From positions 1-64,000 of the forward strand of contig JBDRBB010000006.1 in assembly GCA_043823065.1 (NCBI GenBank): a DNA stretch of 64,000 nucleotides, read 5' to 3'. This DNA is from Pseudomonadota bacterium. Its GTDB lineage: Bacteria; UBA10199; 2-02-FULL-44-16; DYJF01. Numbering within the stretch: position 1 is the first letter of the stretch; every line of letters begins with the position of its first letter. Positions 18,091-28,265 of the stretch are shown piece by piece. The position numbers were made by a program, and so were the translations under genes. The notes below the pieces were generated by a model. The model made no database searches, had not been told where the DNA came from, and was given only the letters and a program-made list of their open reading frames with translations.

Positions 18091-18311
18091 TTAAGTTTGA
18101 TTAAAGCAGTGACGATATCGCCTTCTTCTTTTTTGAATTCTACTAAATCTGAACCAGTGGTTTCGCACCATGCGCGCACATCACTTTCAAAAGCAGGGTC
18201 ATCAGCTATTATTCTGATCTCTCCGCCAGCACCCAAAGTTCTCTTGGCTTTGGCTAATTCAATAATGGGGCGTGGACATCTTTGTCCCTTGGCATCAATT
18301 TTATATACCAT
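18087..18311 (-). CDS. tusA: TusA/SirA sulfur carrier protein
   Basis: DAKGQRCPRP (CPxP) and DDPAFESDV motifs. Confidence 0.92.
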   Translation of the reverse strand: MVYKIDAKGQRCPRPIIELAKAKRTLGAGGEIRIIADDPAFESDVRAWCETTGSDLVEFKKEEGDIVTALIKLK

Positions 18312-18625
18312 ATTTCCTCCTCAAAATTTTATTGATATTAATATTAAAACTTTGAAAAAACAACATATTATCATTAAGGTCGAAAAAGAAGCTCAACTAC
18401 ATTTTCTAACTTATTAATTTATAATTCAATATTCATTTAAAAAATAAATCAAAGAGGGCTGGTTTAAAGTTTGACTTCCTTGTTGAACAAAATAAGCTTT
18501 CTTTTGCATACTGTTTTCTGACAAAAAACCTCTCCCACCCTTTCACCAATTATTTTATTACTTACAACTATTCCTACCAATACGGTTTATATTTTTAAAC
18601 CATAACTTTTTAGAAAGGGGGAAGT

Positions 18626-19024
18626 ATGAAAAACCAATTTGATCTGGAGAAAGAAATTGTAGTGCACACTTTCAACGAAGTTGGAGTGTTGTCGCGGATT
18701 TCTACAGCACTAGCAGATGCCAAGATTAATGTTCACGCGATTTGCGCGTATGAGGTTGAGGACAAAGCTCATGTGCATCTGGTCACTGACAACAATGAAA
18801 AAGCATTAGAAACTCTTAAACGGGCAGATTTTACCGTCAGTGAGCGCGAAGTTGTACGCTGTGAAGTTCCCAGTTCATTCTTGCATCCAGAAATGGAGAA
18901 TCTGATGAGTGGACTGGAAGTTGAAAATAATTACTGGTGCGCTGCTGAACAAAGAGGTGACCATGCTGTCCTTTATTTTTCCATAAAGGATAATGTTCAC
19001 CCCATGCGCGCTCGCTTAGTGTAA
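18626..19024 (+). CDS. ACT-domain protein
   Basis: NEVGVLSRISTALADAKINV ACT pattern. Confidence 0.75.
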   Translation: MKNQFDLEKEIVVHTFNEVGVLSRISTALADAKINVHAICAYEVEDKAHVHLVTDNNEKALETLKRADFTVSEREVVRCEVPSSFLHPEMENLMSGLEVENNYWCAAEQRGDHAVLYFSIKDNVHPMRARLV

Positions 19025-19025
19025 G

Positions 19026-20147
19026 TTATTTATTAAAAAGAGATTCTTTGGGTTCTTTAATCCAAACTGTGCGTTGCGGAAATGGTATTTCTATTCCTTC
19101 TTTTTCAAAACGCTTGTGCACTCGGCGATTTAATTCTCTTTTAACTACCCATTGTTTTAGAGGCTTTGTTTTTATAAAAATGCGCAAAGTAATGGCAGAA
19201 TCGCCAAAATCATCAACGCCTAGGCGCTCTGGTTCATCATTTATTTCTTCAGGCATATCAGCCTTTAATTTAGTTGCTTCGTCCATAAGCACTTCCAGGG
19301 CATGATCCAAATCTGTGCTATAAGCCACGCCAATTTTATAATCCACCCTGGACCACTCACTAGTCAGATTTTTGACCATTTCAATAGTACCATTTGGAAT
19401 AGTAATTAAAGTACCTTCTGTGTTTCTTAATTGAGTAATACGCAAAGTCATTCTTTCGACAAATCCACCTTCACCATTAATAATTGCCACATCTCCCACT
19501 GCAAACTGATCTTCAATCAAGATAAAAACTCCACTAACAATATCCTTAACTAAACTCTGGGCACCAAAACCAATAGCCAAGCTGGCCACGCCCACTGTAG
19601 CCAGAATAGCCTTAAAATCTATGCCAAAATTTTCCAAAAGCATTAAAGCAGCAATCAAGCCGATAAATACCGTAAAAGCATAACGGAAAATATGATTTAA
19701 AGTGTTGATGCGCTGTTGACCACGCGCTGTTCCCCTGGAAGTTAAAGGCGTAACTTGCTCGGTTATAAAATGGATTAAATAACTAACTGCTTTCAGAGCC
19801 AAAACAGTAATGATTACAATAATTGCGGCCCGAGCTAGAGGAGCATATAGATGTTCAACCTTAACAAAAAGCTGTTCAATGAGCTTGGACCAGATATAGA
19901 AAAAACCTAAGAAAAACAAAATCCAGAAAATCCAACCAATTGCCTTTAGCACAAACTTTTTTTCATCATGAAGAAATCTAAGCCAAAACAAACTGTCTTT
20001 GGCAGGAGAAACAGGGATCCTTTTTTTCACATAACGCTTGATCAACTTACTTACAACAAGAGTGAAGAAAAAAATACCTAACGTAATTGCAAAGCGGACA
20101 AAAAATACTTTATCGAAAAATTCTTCAAACTTAAAATTTTCAAACAT
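19026..20147 (-). CDS. mscS: Small-conductance mechanosensitive channel
   Basis: AIGFGAQSLVKD, EDQFAVGD and IEIPFPQR motifs. Confidence 0.92.
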   Translation of the reverse strand: MFENFKFEEFFDKVFFVRFAITLGIFFFTLVVSKLIKRYVKKRIPVSPAKDSLFWLRFLHDEKKFVLKAIGWIFWILFFLGFFYIWSKLIEQLFVKVEHLYAPLARAAIIVIITVLALKAVSYLIHFITEQVTPLTSRGTARGQQRINTLNHIFRYAFTVFIGLIAALMLLENFGIDFKAILATVGVASLAIGFGAQSLVKDIVSGVFILIEDQFAVGDVAIINGEGGFVERMTLRITQLRNTEGTLITIPNGTIEMVKNLTSEWSRVDYKIGVAYSTDLDHALEVLMDEATKLKADMPEEINDEPERLGVDDFGDSAITLRIFIKTKPLKQWVVKRELNRRVHKRFEKEGIEIPFPQRTVWIKEPKESLFNK

Positions 20148-20163
20148 GAGCTCCCCTTTTAAA

Positions 20164-21456
20164 TTAGGCGAAAGGATCTTTTAAAATGATGCGGGCCCCT
20201 CGCTCTGGCCCCACTGAAACAATAGCCACAGGAATAGTGGCAATTTCCTGAATACAATTTATATAATCTTGAACTGTTTTGGGTAAATTCTTAAAATCTC
20301 GTATATTAGAAATATCTTCCTTCCAACCTTTATGATCTTCATAAATTGGTTGGCATTTTTCCAGATCGACATAGTCAGGGGGTAAATAATCAATTTGTTT
20401 TCCAGCAAATTCATAACCAGTGCAAATTCTCACTGTATCCAGACCTGAAAGAACATCTAGTTTGGTCAAGGCCAGCAAAGTTAGGCCATTAACTCGCTTG
20501 GCATGCTTTAAGAGCACTGCATCAAACCAACCGCAACGCCTCTGACGACCAGTTGTTGCGCCAAATTCATTTCCCTTAGTTTGCAGATGTTTTGCCACTA
20601 ATCCATGATCTTCTGTGGGAAACGGTCCTTCACCAACTCGTGTAGTATAAGCCTTAACAATACCCAAAACTGCATCAATAACAGAAGGCCCAATTCCAAC
20701 TCCGCAACAAACCTGGCCAGCCACTGTATTTGAAGATGTTACGTAAGGATAGGTTCCGTGATCAATATCTAGGGCTGTACCCTGAGCGCCCTCAAATAAT
20801 ATTTTTTTACCTTGTTTGATTAATTCATCCACTTTAAGCGAAACATCACAAGCATGACCAGCTAATTTTTGTCTCCATTTTTGAGCAGCAAAGAGTAAAT
20901 CCTCCAAGGCAACGGGCTTGCCCCCTAGTGATTCAATTAACTTATTTTTTTGGGGTAAAACCAGTTCCAAGCGTTTTTGGAACACATCTTTATCTAACAT
21001 TTCGCCAAATCTAATACCTAATCTAGAAGCTTTATCTTCATAAGCCGGACCAATGCCACGCCCTGTGGTGCCGATTCTGGCGTCGCCTAATTGAGTTTCT
21101 CGAAGCTGATCAATTATTCGATGATAGGGCATGACCAGATGGGCATTAGTGCTAACCGCCAACATTTTTGGATTTTTAAGATAGTTCTGGCTAAACAAAC
21201 CTTCAATTTCATCAATTAAGACATTGGCATCTAAAACCACTCCATTACCAATGGCACAAAAACAATCTGCATGCAGAATTCCAGAAGGCACTAGGTGTAA
21301 CACAGTTTTGCGATTACCGATAATAACGGTATGCCCTGCATTTGCTCCGCCCTGATAACGTACAACTGCGTCCACCGAAGGAGTTAAAAGATCTACAATG
21401 CGTCCTTTTCCTTCATCGCCCCATTGAGCTCCTACGACAACAATATTTTTTGCCAT
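20164..21456 (-). CDS. purA: Adenylosuccinate synthetase
   Basis: QWGDEGKG, GPFPTE and GATTGRQRRCGW motifs. Confidence 0.98.
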   Translation of the reverse strand: MAKNIVVVGAQWGDEGKGRIVDLLTPSVDAVVRYQGGANAGHTVIIGNRKTVLHLVPSGILHADCFCAIGNGVVLDANVLIDEIEGLFSQNYLKNPKMLAVSTNAHLVMPYHRIIDQLRETQLGDARIGTTGRGIGPAYEDKASRLGIRFGEMLDKDVFQKRLELVLPQKNKLIESLGGKPVALEDLLFAAQKWRQKLAGHACDVSLKVDELIKQGKKILFEGAQGTALDIDHGTYPYVTSSNTVAGQVCCGVGIGPSVIDAVLGIVKAYTTRVGEGPFPTEDHGLVAKHLQTKGNEFGATTGRQRRCGWFDAVLLKHAKRVNGLTLLALTKLDVLSGLDTVRICTGYEFAGKQIDYLPPDYVDLEKCQPIYEDHKGWKEDISNIRDFKNLPKTVQDYINCIQEIATIPVAIVSVGPERGARIILKDPFA

Positions 21457-21459
21457 GTT

Positions 21460-22377
21460 TTACGCTCCCATGAATTTTTCTAATATTGCTTTTTGGATAT
21501 GCAGGCGATTTTCTGCTTCATCAAAAATTCTGGATTGGGGCCCGTCCATAACTTCATCTGTAATTTCTTCACCCCGATGCGCTGGCAAACAATGCAAGAC
21601 AATTGCTTCAGATTTTGCCTTAGCCAAAAGAGCTGCATTAACCTGAAAAGGTTGAAACATCTTTTTCTTTTCAGCTTCACCTGATCCTTCTTGCCCCATA
21701 CTAACCCAAGTATCTGTATTTATAACATCTGCATCTTTAACTGCTGCCACAGGATCATTGCCAATACTGATCTGATCATAACCACCCTGCTTAACTTGAT
21801 TCAAAATAGCTGCTGCAGGCTCATAGCCTTTAGGAGTAGCAATTGAAAGCTTAAAGCCCAAAATTATGGCTGCAGTAATCCAGGTATTGGCCAAATTATT
21901 ACCATCTCCCACATAAGTAATATGCAAGGGTTTAAGCGAACCCTTGTTTTCCTTAACAGTCATTAAATCCGCAAGCACCTGACAGGGATGGTATAAATCT
22001 GTTAAACCATTTATAATTGGCACGCTAGCAACTTCAGCCATGCTTTCTAATTTAGTTTGCTCAAAAGTGCGAACCATTATGCCATCAACATAACGAGACA
22101 ACACGCGCGCAGTATCTTCATAGGTTTCACCCCGACCAAGCTGAGAGCCAGAAGCTGCCAGATTAAGAGCGTGCCCACCTAATTCAAACATGGCAATTTC
22201 AAAAGAAACCCTGGTGCGCGTTGAGCTTTTTTCAAACACCATGGCCAAGGATTTATTTTCCAAAACTTTTGGCGTGCGACCGGACTGTTTTTCTTTTTTA
22301 AACCAAATGCCCCTGTCTAAAAGCTGATCAATTTCCTCTTTTGTAAGATCAAACAAAGATAAAAAATGCCGCGCCAT
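21460..22377 (-). CDS. argF: Ornithine carbamoyltransferase
   Basis: SSTRT, HPCQ, SMG and HCLP motifs. Confidence 0.96.
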   Translation of the reverse strand: MARHFLSLFDLTKEEIDQLLDRGIWFKKEKQSGRTPKVLENKSLAMVFEKSSTRTRVSFEIAMFELGGHALNLAASGSQLGRGETYEDTARVLSRYVDGIMVRTFEQTKLESMAEVASVPIINGLTDLYHPCQVLADLMTVKENKGSLKPLHITYVGDGNNLANTWITAAIILGFKLSIATPKGYEPAAAILNQVKQGGYDQISIGNDPVAAVKDADVINTDTWVSMGQEGSGEAEKKKMFQPFQVNAALLAKAKSEAIVLHCLPAHRGEEITDEVMDGPQSRIFDEAENRLHIQKAILEKFMGA

Positions 22378-22385
22378 GTTTCCTC

Positions 22386-23735
22386 CTATAAAATATATCT
22401 ACTCAAATCTCTATTTTCCATAACTTCTGCCAAAGATTTCTCTACATACCCTTGATCAATGCCCACATTTTTCTTGCGCATTTCCGGCGCCTTAAAAGAA
22501 ATATCTTCCAAAACTTTTTCCATCACTGTATGTAAACGCCTAGCGCCAATATCTTCCATTTGTTGGTTTACTTCTGCAGCTATTTTGCAAATAGCTTTTA
22601 AGGCGCCTTCATCAAAATTTAGGTCTAAACCTTCTGTTTTCATCATTGCCACATATTGTCTAGGCAAACAATTATCAGTTTCAGTAAGAATACGATAAAA
22701 ATCTTCTTCAGTTAATGAATTCAGTTCCACCCTAATCGGAAAACGACCCTGTAATTCTGGAATTAAATCAGAAGGCTTGGTAGCATGAAACGCACCAGCA
22801 GCTATAAATAAAATATGATCTGTTTTTACCATACCATGTTTGGTGGTAACAGTTGAGCCTTCAACTATCGGCAAAATATCTCTTTGCACGCCCTCCCTGG
22901 AAACATCCGGGCCATGTCTGCTTTGCTCAGCTCGATTACAAATTTTATCTACTTCATCTAAAAATACAATGCCGTTTTGTTCCACTCTTTCAATTGCCTG
23001 CTTAACCACATCTTCCATGTCAATTAACCGCGCAGCTTCTTCTGCAGCTAAAACGCCCAGTGCTTCTGAAACTTTAATTTTTCTTTTTTTATCTCTTTGA
23101 CCTGGACCTGGCATAATGCTGGAAAATAAATCTTTAATGTTTGCGCTCATTTCTTCTAAACTAGGCGCGGCAATTACTTCTACTGAAGGCATCATGGGTT
23201 TGGGCGGCGCTTTCTTCATTTCCACGGTCTTATTGTCCAACTTACCTGTTCGCAAAAGATCTCTTAACTTTCTTTTTGCCTCTTCTGGAGTTGCTGTTTC
23301 GCCCAATTCCTTAGCCATTTGAGGCATTAATAATTCCAACACTTTTTCTTCAGCTATTTCCTGAGCTTTAACCTCAACCCTGGCAGTTTCTTCATCTCTA
23401 ATCATTTTAACTGATATATCAGTAAGCTCTCTGATCATGGATTCCACGTCTTTGCCAACATAACCCACTTCTGTAAATTTTGAAGCTTCAACTTTGATAA
23501 ACGGAGCTTGCGCTAGTTTGGCCAACCTGCGCGCAATTTCAGTTTTACCAACACCAGTTGGGCCGATCATAATAATATTTTTAGGCACAATTTCATCCCG
23601 CAAATTTGGCTCTACCTGGCGCCTACGCCAGCGATTTCTTAAAGCAATGGCTACAGCCTTTTTTGCTTCGTTTTGGCCGATGATATAACGATCTAATTCT
23701 GAAACAATTTCTCTGGGTGTAAAATTTGCACTCAT
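22386..23735 (-). CDS. hslU: HslU ATPase subunit
   Basis: [13 protein letters not shown] pore loop and GARRLHT. Confidence 0.98.
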   Translation of the reverse strand: MSANFTPREIVSELDRYIIGQNEAKKAVAIALRNRWRRRQVEPNLRDEIVPKNIIMIGPTGVGKTEIARRLAKLAQAPFIKVEASKFTEVGYVGKDVESMIRELTDISVKMIRDEETARVEVKAQEIAEEKVLELLMPQMAKELGETATPEEAKRKLRDLLRTGKLDNKTVEMKKAPPKPMMPSVEVIAAPSLEEMSANIKDLFSSIMPGPGQRDKKRKIKVSEALGVLAAEEAARLIDMEDVVKQAIERVEQNGIVFLDEVDKICNRAEQSRHGPDVSREGVQRDILPIVEGSTVTTKHGMVKTDHILFIAAGAFHATKPSDLIPELQGRFPIRVELNSLTEEDFYRILTETDNCLPRQYVAMMKTEGLDLNFDEGALKAICKIAAEVNQQMEDIGARRLHTVMEKVLEDISFKAPEMRKKNVGIDQGYVEKSLAEVMENRDLSRYIL

Positions 23736-24259
23736 AATTCCTCTGTTTTTATTTTATCATTAGTATAGACACAAATCTGGGCTGCTATTTGCATCGCTTT
23801 TTCCACAATTTCTTTGGCAGAAAGCTTGGTTTCTTGAAGTAAAGCCCTGGCTGCAGCTAGAGCATACGCGCCGCCAGAACCAATGGCAGCAATCTCATCG
23901 TCTGGTTCTACCACATCACCTGTTCCTGAAATAGTAAAGGTCTTTTCTTTATCAGCCACAATCATCATGGCTTCCAGCTTTCTTAACACGCGGTCCAGAC
24001 GCCAATCCTTGGCCAGCTCAACCGCAGCACGAGTAAGATTGCCGCGATGTTCTTCCAGCTTTGCTTCAAATTTTTCAAACAAGGTAAAAGCATCTGCACT
24101 GGAACCTGCAAAACCAGCCACAATTTTACCTTTGCCCATGGTTCTTACCTTATTGGCATTGCTCTTCATAACCATATTAGCAAAGCTAACCTGGCCATCT
24201 CCAGCTATGGCTACTTTTCCATTGCGGCGTACACATAAGATAGTTGTTGAGTGAAACAT
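23732..24259 (-). CDS. hslV: HslV protease subunit
   Basis: TTIL N-terminus, GDGQV and GSGG. Confidence 0.98.
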   Translation of the reverse strand: MFHSTTILCVRRNGKVAIAGDGQVSFANMVMKSNANKVRTMGKGKIVAGFAGSSADAFTLFEKFEAKLEEHRGNLTRAAVELAKDWRLDRVLRKLEAMMIVADKEKTFTISGTGDVVEPDDEIAAIGSGGAYALAAARALLQETKLSAKEIVEKAMQIAAQICVYTNDKIKTEEL

Positions 24260-24298
24260 AGGTAATTCTCCTTCAGACTATGGACTATGGTCAGTTTT

Positions 24299-25192
24299 CT
24301 ATGCTTTGGGATGTGCCTTATCGTAAACTTCCATCATTTTTTCAAGGCTAATGTGCGTATATTTTTGAGTGGTGGATAGGCTGGAATGTCCAAGCAATTC
24401 CTGAATTCCACGCATATCAGCCCCAGCATTCAAAAGATGCGTGGCAAAGGTGTGTCTTAAGACATGAGGGGTAACGGTTTTATTAATGCCGGTTTGACGC
24501 AAATATTTAATTAACATGCGCTCCACTGAACGCACTGAAATTCGTTGCCCATGCTTATTCACAAAAACCGCGTTATCACCTTCGCTAGCCAATTTTTTTC
24601 TCAGTTCATAATATTGACGCAAAGCTTGAGAAGCCTTATTTCCCACTGGCACCAATCTTTCTTTACGCCCCTTGCCCAACACTCTTACCACTCCTTCTTC
24701 CAAGTTAATCTCTGGTATATTCAAAGAAACCAATTCGCTAACCCGCAGACCTGAAGCATATAACAATTCCAAAATGGCTTTATCCCTGGCACCTAAAACC
24801 GTCTTGGAATTAGGAGCGCTCAATAAAGAAAAAATTTCATCTACGGTTAAAAATTTGGGAATTCTTTTGGGGATTTTAGGACTGGCAACTTCTTTGGCTG
24901 GATTATTTTTAACATGCCCTTGACGCAAACAATACTCAAAAAAACTACGAATACTGGAAAGCTTGCGCGCAATTGAAGTTGGGTTTTTATTACCAAATAA
25001 AGAGCCAATAAAATCACGCACCACAAGGTGATCGATGGAATTAAAATCTAAGTTAACATTGGCTTTTTTAAACCTCTCTTTTACAAAGAGATTAAATTGC
25101 TGCAAATCTACTAAATAATTTTTTAGGGTGTGATCTGAAGCGCGTTTTTCATGTTCTAAATAAGAAGAAAAATCATTAATGAATTTTTCCAT
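24299..25192 (-). CDS. xerC: Tyrosine recombinase XerC
   Basis: GLRVSEL, HVLRHTFATH, LLGH and TQKY; xerC-hslVU synteny. Confidence 0.92.
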   Translation of the reverse strand: MEKFINDFSSYLEHEKRASDHTLKNYLVDLQQFNLFVKERFKKANVNLDFNSIDHLVVRDFIGSLFGNKNPTSIARKLSSIRSFFEYCLRQGHVKNNPAKEVASPKIPKRIPKFLTVDEIFSLLSAPNSKTVLGARDKAILELLYASGLRVSELVSLNIPEINLEEGVVRVLGKGRKERLVPVGNKASQALRQYYELRKKLASEGDNAVFVNKHGQRISVRSVERMLIKYLRQTGINKTVTPHVLRHTFATHLLNAGADMRGIQELLGHSSLSTTQKYTHISLEKMMEVYDKAHPKA

Positions 25193-25235
25193 AATAAGAT
25201 CCCCCTTGATCATAAGGCATAGCTCTTTATAAGAC

Positions 25236-27155
25236 TTATGCCAAGGAAAAATAGATCTCACGCAAAGGTATATTTACTTCTTCCACTTTGACTTTTACTT
25301 CATCACCAATAGTAAAGCTTAGGCCTTTTTTCGCAGCTTTTAAGCAATATCCTGTTTCTTGAAAAATATAATGCTCTGGCGGCAAGCTGTCTTTGTGCAC
25401 CAAACCCTCTACTAGAAAATCTTTTAATTCCACAAAAAAACCAAATTTAGTCACATGGGAAATTATACCTTCAAATATTTCACCAATTTTATCTTGCATA
25501 AAAAAGGCTACATAAAGCTTGATGATTTCCCGCTCAGCCTCCATAGCTATGCGTTCTCGCCTGGAACACAGCTCGGCAATTTCAGACAATCTGCTAGTAG
25601 GAGCTTTTTGTTTTACATTATTTAAAACCCTTTTCAACTGCCTGTGCACCACTAGATCTGGATACCGCCTAATTGGTGAAGTAAAGTGACAATAACATTC
25701 AGATCCCAACCCATAATGGCCTACATTTTCCGTAGTATAAACCGCTTGAGATAAAGAGCGTAAAAGCGAGGTATTGATTAAACGTTCTTCTGATCTTCCA
25801 TGCGCCATTTTAACGACTTCACCTAATTTTTTAGTGGTCACATTTGAACCTAATTTGATCTTATAACCTAAGTTGTGCAGCAATATGGCAAAAGCATGGA
25901 TTTTTTCTGCAGGGGGTGGTTCATGAACACGATAAATACAACCCACTTTTTTATTTGTTAAAAACTCGGCCACAGCTTCATTGGCTCTAATCATAAACTC
26001 TTCAATCATCATATGACCAACATGCCTTTCAGCCCGGGCAATATCGTCAACTTTACCAGTCAAACTAAGTTCTATTTCTGGTTCAGGTAAATCAAAATCA
26101 ATTGATCCTTCATCAATTCGTTTTTTACGCAAACGCTCATAACACTCTTGCATTAAAACAAATTCAGGAATCAATTTTTGATAAGTGCTTCTGACTTTAG
26201 GATCTTTTTCAACCAAAATTTGTTTCATCTCAGTATAGGTCATGCGACTTTTACTTTTAATAACTGAAGCAAAGAATTGTTTGTTTAGAATTTCTCCCTG
26301 AACATCAATATCCATCTGAACAGTCATGGCCAAACGATCCACATCAGGTTTTAAACTGCACAAATCACTAGACAAAATCTCTGGCAACATCGGCAGGCAA
26401 TCACCAGGAAAGTAAACTGAAGTGCCTCTTTCCAAAGCAGCCTTATCCAAAACAGTGTTTTGCTCCACAAAGTGAGCAACATCAGCTATAGCCACCCAAA
26501 GCCTAATTTGACCATTGCCCATCTTTTGCACAGCTACAGCATCATCAAAATCCATGGCAGATTCACCATCAATAGTTACAAAAGGCAAATTTCTTAAATC
26601 TTTCCTAGCACTTAGTTCTTCTTCATTCATCCGTTTAATAGATTCTTCAGCCTGACTAAGCACTGCTTTGGAAAATCCAACCTCTAAATGATGTCGAATA
26701 ATTACTGCTTGTTTTTCAGTTTTCAAATCCCCTCGTCTGCCCATAACCACAATAACTTCGCCCTGCATAGGTTCAGATCCATCTGGATATTTAGTTATTC
26801 TCACCGTGACATTTTGCCCGTGCCTAGCGCCGCCCAGTTTTTTATCTGGCACAATAATCATGCGCCTAATGCGCAAGTCATCAGCTATCACTCGATAATA
26901 TTTTCCAGTTCTTTCTAAACGACCAAAAAGCTTTTCTACTCTTCTTTCTATAACCTTCCTAACCCGCCCTTCAAGACTCTTGCCTTTACCTTTATGAGAA
27001 GGCACCACCTGAACCTGGACTACGTCTGTATGCAACGCATCTCCAATATAACGGGCTGGCACAAAAACATCTTCTTCACCTTTTTTGCCTGTGGTAACAA
27101 AACCATACCCATCTCGATGTAAACGCAACTCTCCCTGAATGATTTTTTTCTTCAA
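25236..27155 (-). CDS. rnr: Ribonuclease R (no N-terminal HTH)
   Basis: HRDGYGF CSD, TIDGESAMDFDDA, HFTSPIRRYPD and a C-terminal S1 domain. Confidence 0.93.
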   Translation of the reverse strand: MKKKIIQGELRLHRDGYGFVTTGKKGEEDVFVPARYIGDALHTDVVQVQVVPSHKGKGKSLEGRVRKVIERRVEKLFGRLERTGKYYRVIADDLRIRRMIIVPDKKLGGARHGQNVTVRITKYPDGSEPMQGEVIVVMGRRGDLKTEKQAVIIRHHLEVGFSKAVLSQAEESIKRMNEEELSARKDLRNLPFVTIDGESAMDFDDAVAVQKMGNGQIRLWVAIADVAHFVEQNTVLDKAALERGTSVYFPGDCLPMLPEILSSDLCSLKPDVDRLAMTVQMDIDVQGEILNKQFFASVIKSKSRMTYTEMKQILVEKDPKVRSTYQKLIPEFVLMQECYERLRKKRIDEGSIDFDLPEPEIELSLTGKVDDIARAERHVGHMMIEEFMIRANEAVAEFLTNKKVGCIYRVHEPPPAEKIHAFAILLHNLGYKIKLGSNVTTKKLGEVVKMAHGRSEERLINTSLLRSLSQAVYTTENVGHYGLGSECYCHFTSPIRRYPDLVVHRQLKRVLNNVKQKAPTSRLSEIAELCSRRERIAMEAEREIIKLYVAFFMQDKIGEIFEGIISHVTKFGFFVELKDFLVEGLVHKDSLPPEHYIFQETGYCLKAAKKGLSFTIGDEVKVKVEEVNIPLREIYFSLA

Positions 27156-27286
27156 ATTATCCTCCTAAACGTACCTAGTTTGGCATAAACAAATAAAAAA
27201 TGAAAGGTAAGAAAGTTCTATAAACTATTGCTTTTTAGATGGTGCTGGGATATTTTGGCCGCGACTTAAATAGGTGGGGGATATTT

Positions 27287-28237
27287 ATGGTTAAGAAAAA
27301 GAAAGCCATTAAAAAGAAAATAGTAGCTAAAAAGGCTGTTAAAAAGGTAGAAAAAAAAGCTGTAAAAAAACCAGCCAAAAAAGTTGCTAAACCTGATAAA
27401 TCAAAAAAATCTTCCAGAAAAAAAGTTCTGATTTCTAAGGCTAGGACCTTAAAGAAAAAAGCTGCAAAAAAAATCAGCCCCAAAAAATCTGTCCGAAAAA
27501 AGAGAACTCTCAAATTAACAAAAATTGAGCCTTTACTTAAAGATATTCAACTTGAGCATGAGTTAACCGAACAACGAAAAATTGAAGAATCCAAATTTAA
27601 TATTGGGGTTCCGGAAAATGCCCAAGCTATCCCTTTATATGAACTGCCTGGAGAATATCATAAAGATCGCGCAGTTATTTTAACCATTAGTCCTGATTTT
27701 GTTTTTGCCTATTGGGGAGTTTGTCAGCAATCAATGCAAGATGCTATTTCCAAAATCGGGCACAACGCCAAACTAACTCTGCGTTTTTATGACATCAGTC
27801 AAGTTGATCAAGTCAGCAATGCACCTTGTTGGGATGTTGAAGTTTTTGATCGCTTGGGCAATTGGTATCTGCGCCTAGATTATCCTGAACAAAAGCTCTA
27901 TATGGAAGTTGGCTTAAAAAATGAGGCTGGCTACTTTTATAATCTGAGCCACTCTAATATTATTAAATTGCCCAGACGCTTTATAGCTCCACCCAAGCCT
28001 CTAAAATGGATGGTGGTTAGCCCTGACGGCCAAAAGGTTATCACTGATATTGAAGAATATACTGAAGCAGATTTGGAACTATTGAAAAAAATTCTGGGAC
28101 CGCACTTTTTTGATTTATTAATGAAAGGTAAGTTTTCAACTATTTCAGGCTCAAACCTAGAAGCAGTGTTCCAAGAAATTTCTTCTTTGCGTAATTTGGA
28201 AGAAGTTTCTTCGTCACCAACCCAGTGGTCAAAATAA
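27287..28237 (+). CDS. DUF4912-like protein with Lys/Ala-rich histone-H1-like N-terminus
   Basis: ELP.EY, FAYW, LRFYD and GNWY core; KKAVKK repeats; adjacent to GH57. Confidence 0.75.
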   Translation: MVKKKKAIKKKIVAKKAVKKVEKKAVKKPAKKVAKPDKSKKSSRKKVLISKARTLKKKAAKKISPKKSVRKKRTLKLTKIEPLLKDIQLEHELTEQRKIEESKFNIGVPENAQAIPLYELPGEYHKDRAVILTISPDFVFAYWGVCQQSMQDAISKIGHNAKLTLRFYDISQVDQVSNAPCWDVEVFDRLGNWYLRLDYPEQKLYMEVGLKNEAGYFYNLSHSNIIKLPRRFIAPPKPLKWMVVSPDGQKVITDIEEYTEADLELLKKILGPHFFDLLMKGKFSTISGSNLEAVFQEISSLRNLEEVSSSPTQWSK

Positions 28238-28265
28238 CACTAAGTTAACTAATGAGGTTTTAATT

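Noticed and set aside
17202..18311. Selenocysteine readthrough in TusA/DsrE
   Set aside because: Catalytic positions are ordinary Cys codons; the tusA TGA is a normal stop overlapping the next GTG start
24299..25192. Tyrosine recombinase as a prophage or integron integrase
   Set aside because: It sits in the housekeeping xerC-hslV-hslU operon and I see no IntI-type insertion or att context
25215..25245. TTGGCA motif upstream of xerC as a sigma-54 promoter
   Set aside because: Lacks the -12 GC at the required spacing
27235..27513. Phe-rich minus-strand ORF
   Set aside because: Antisense shadow of the Lys-rich tail
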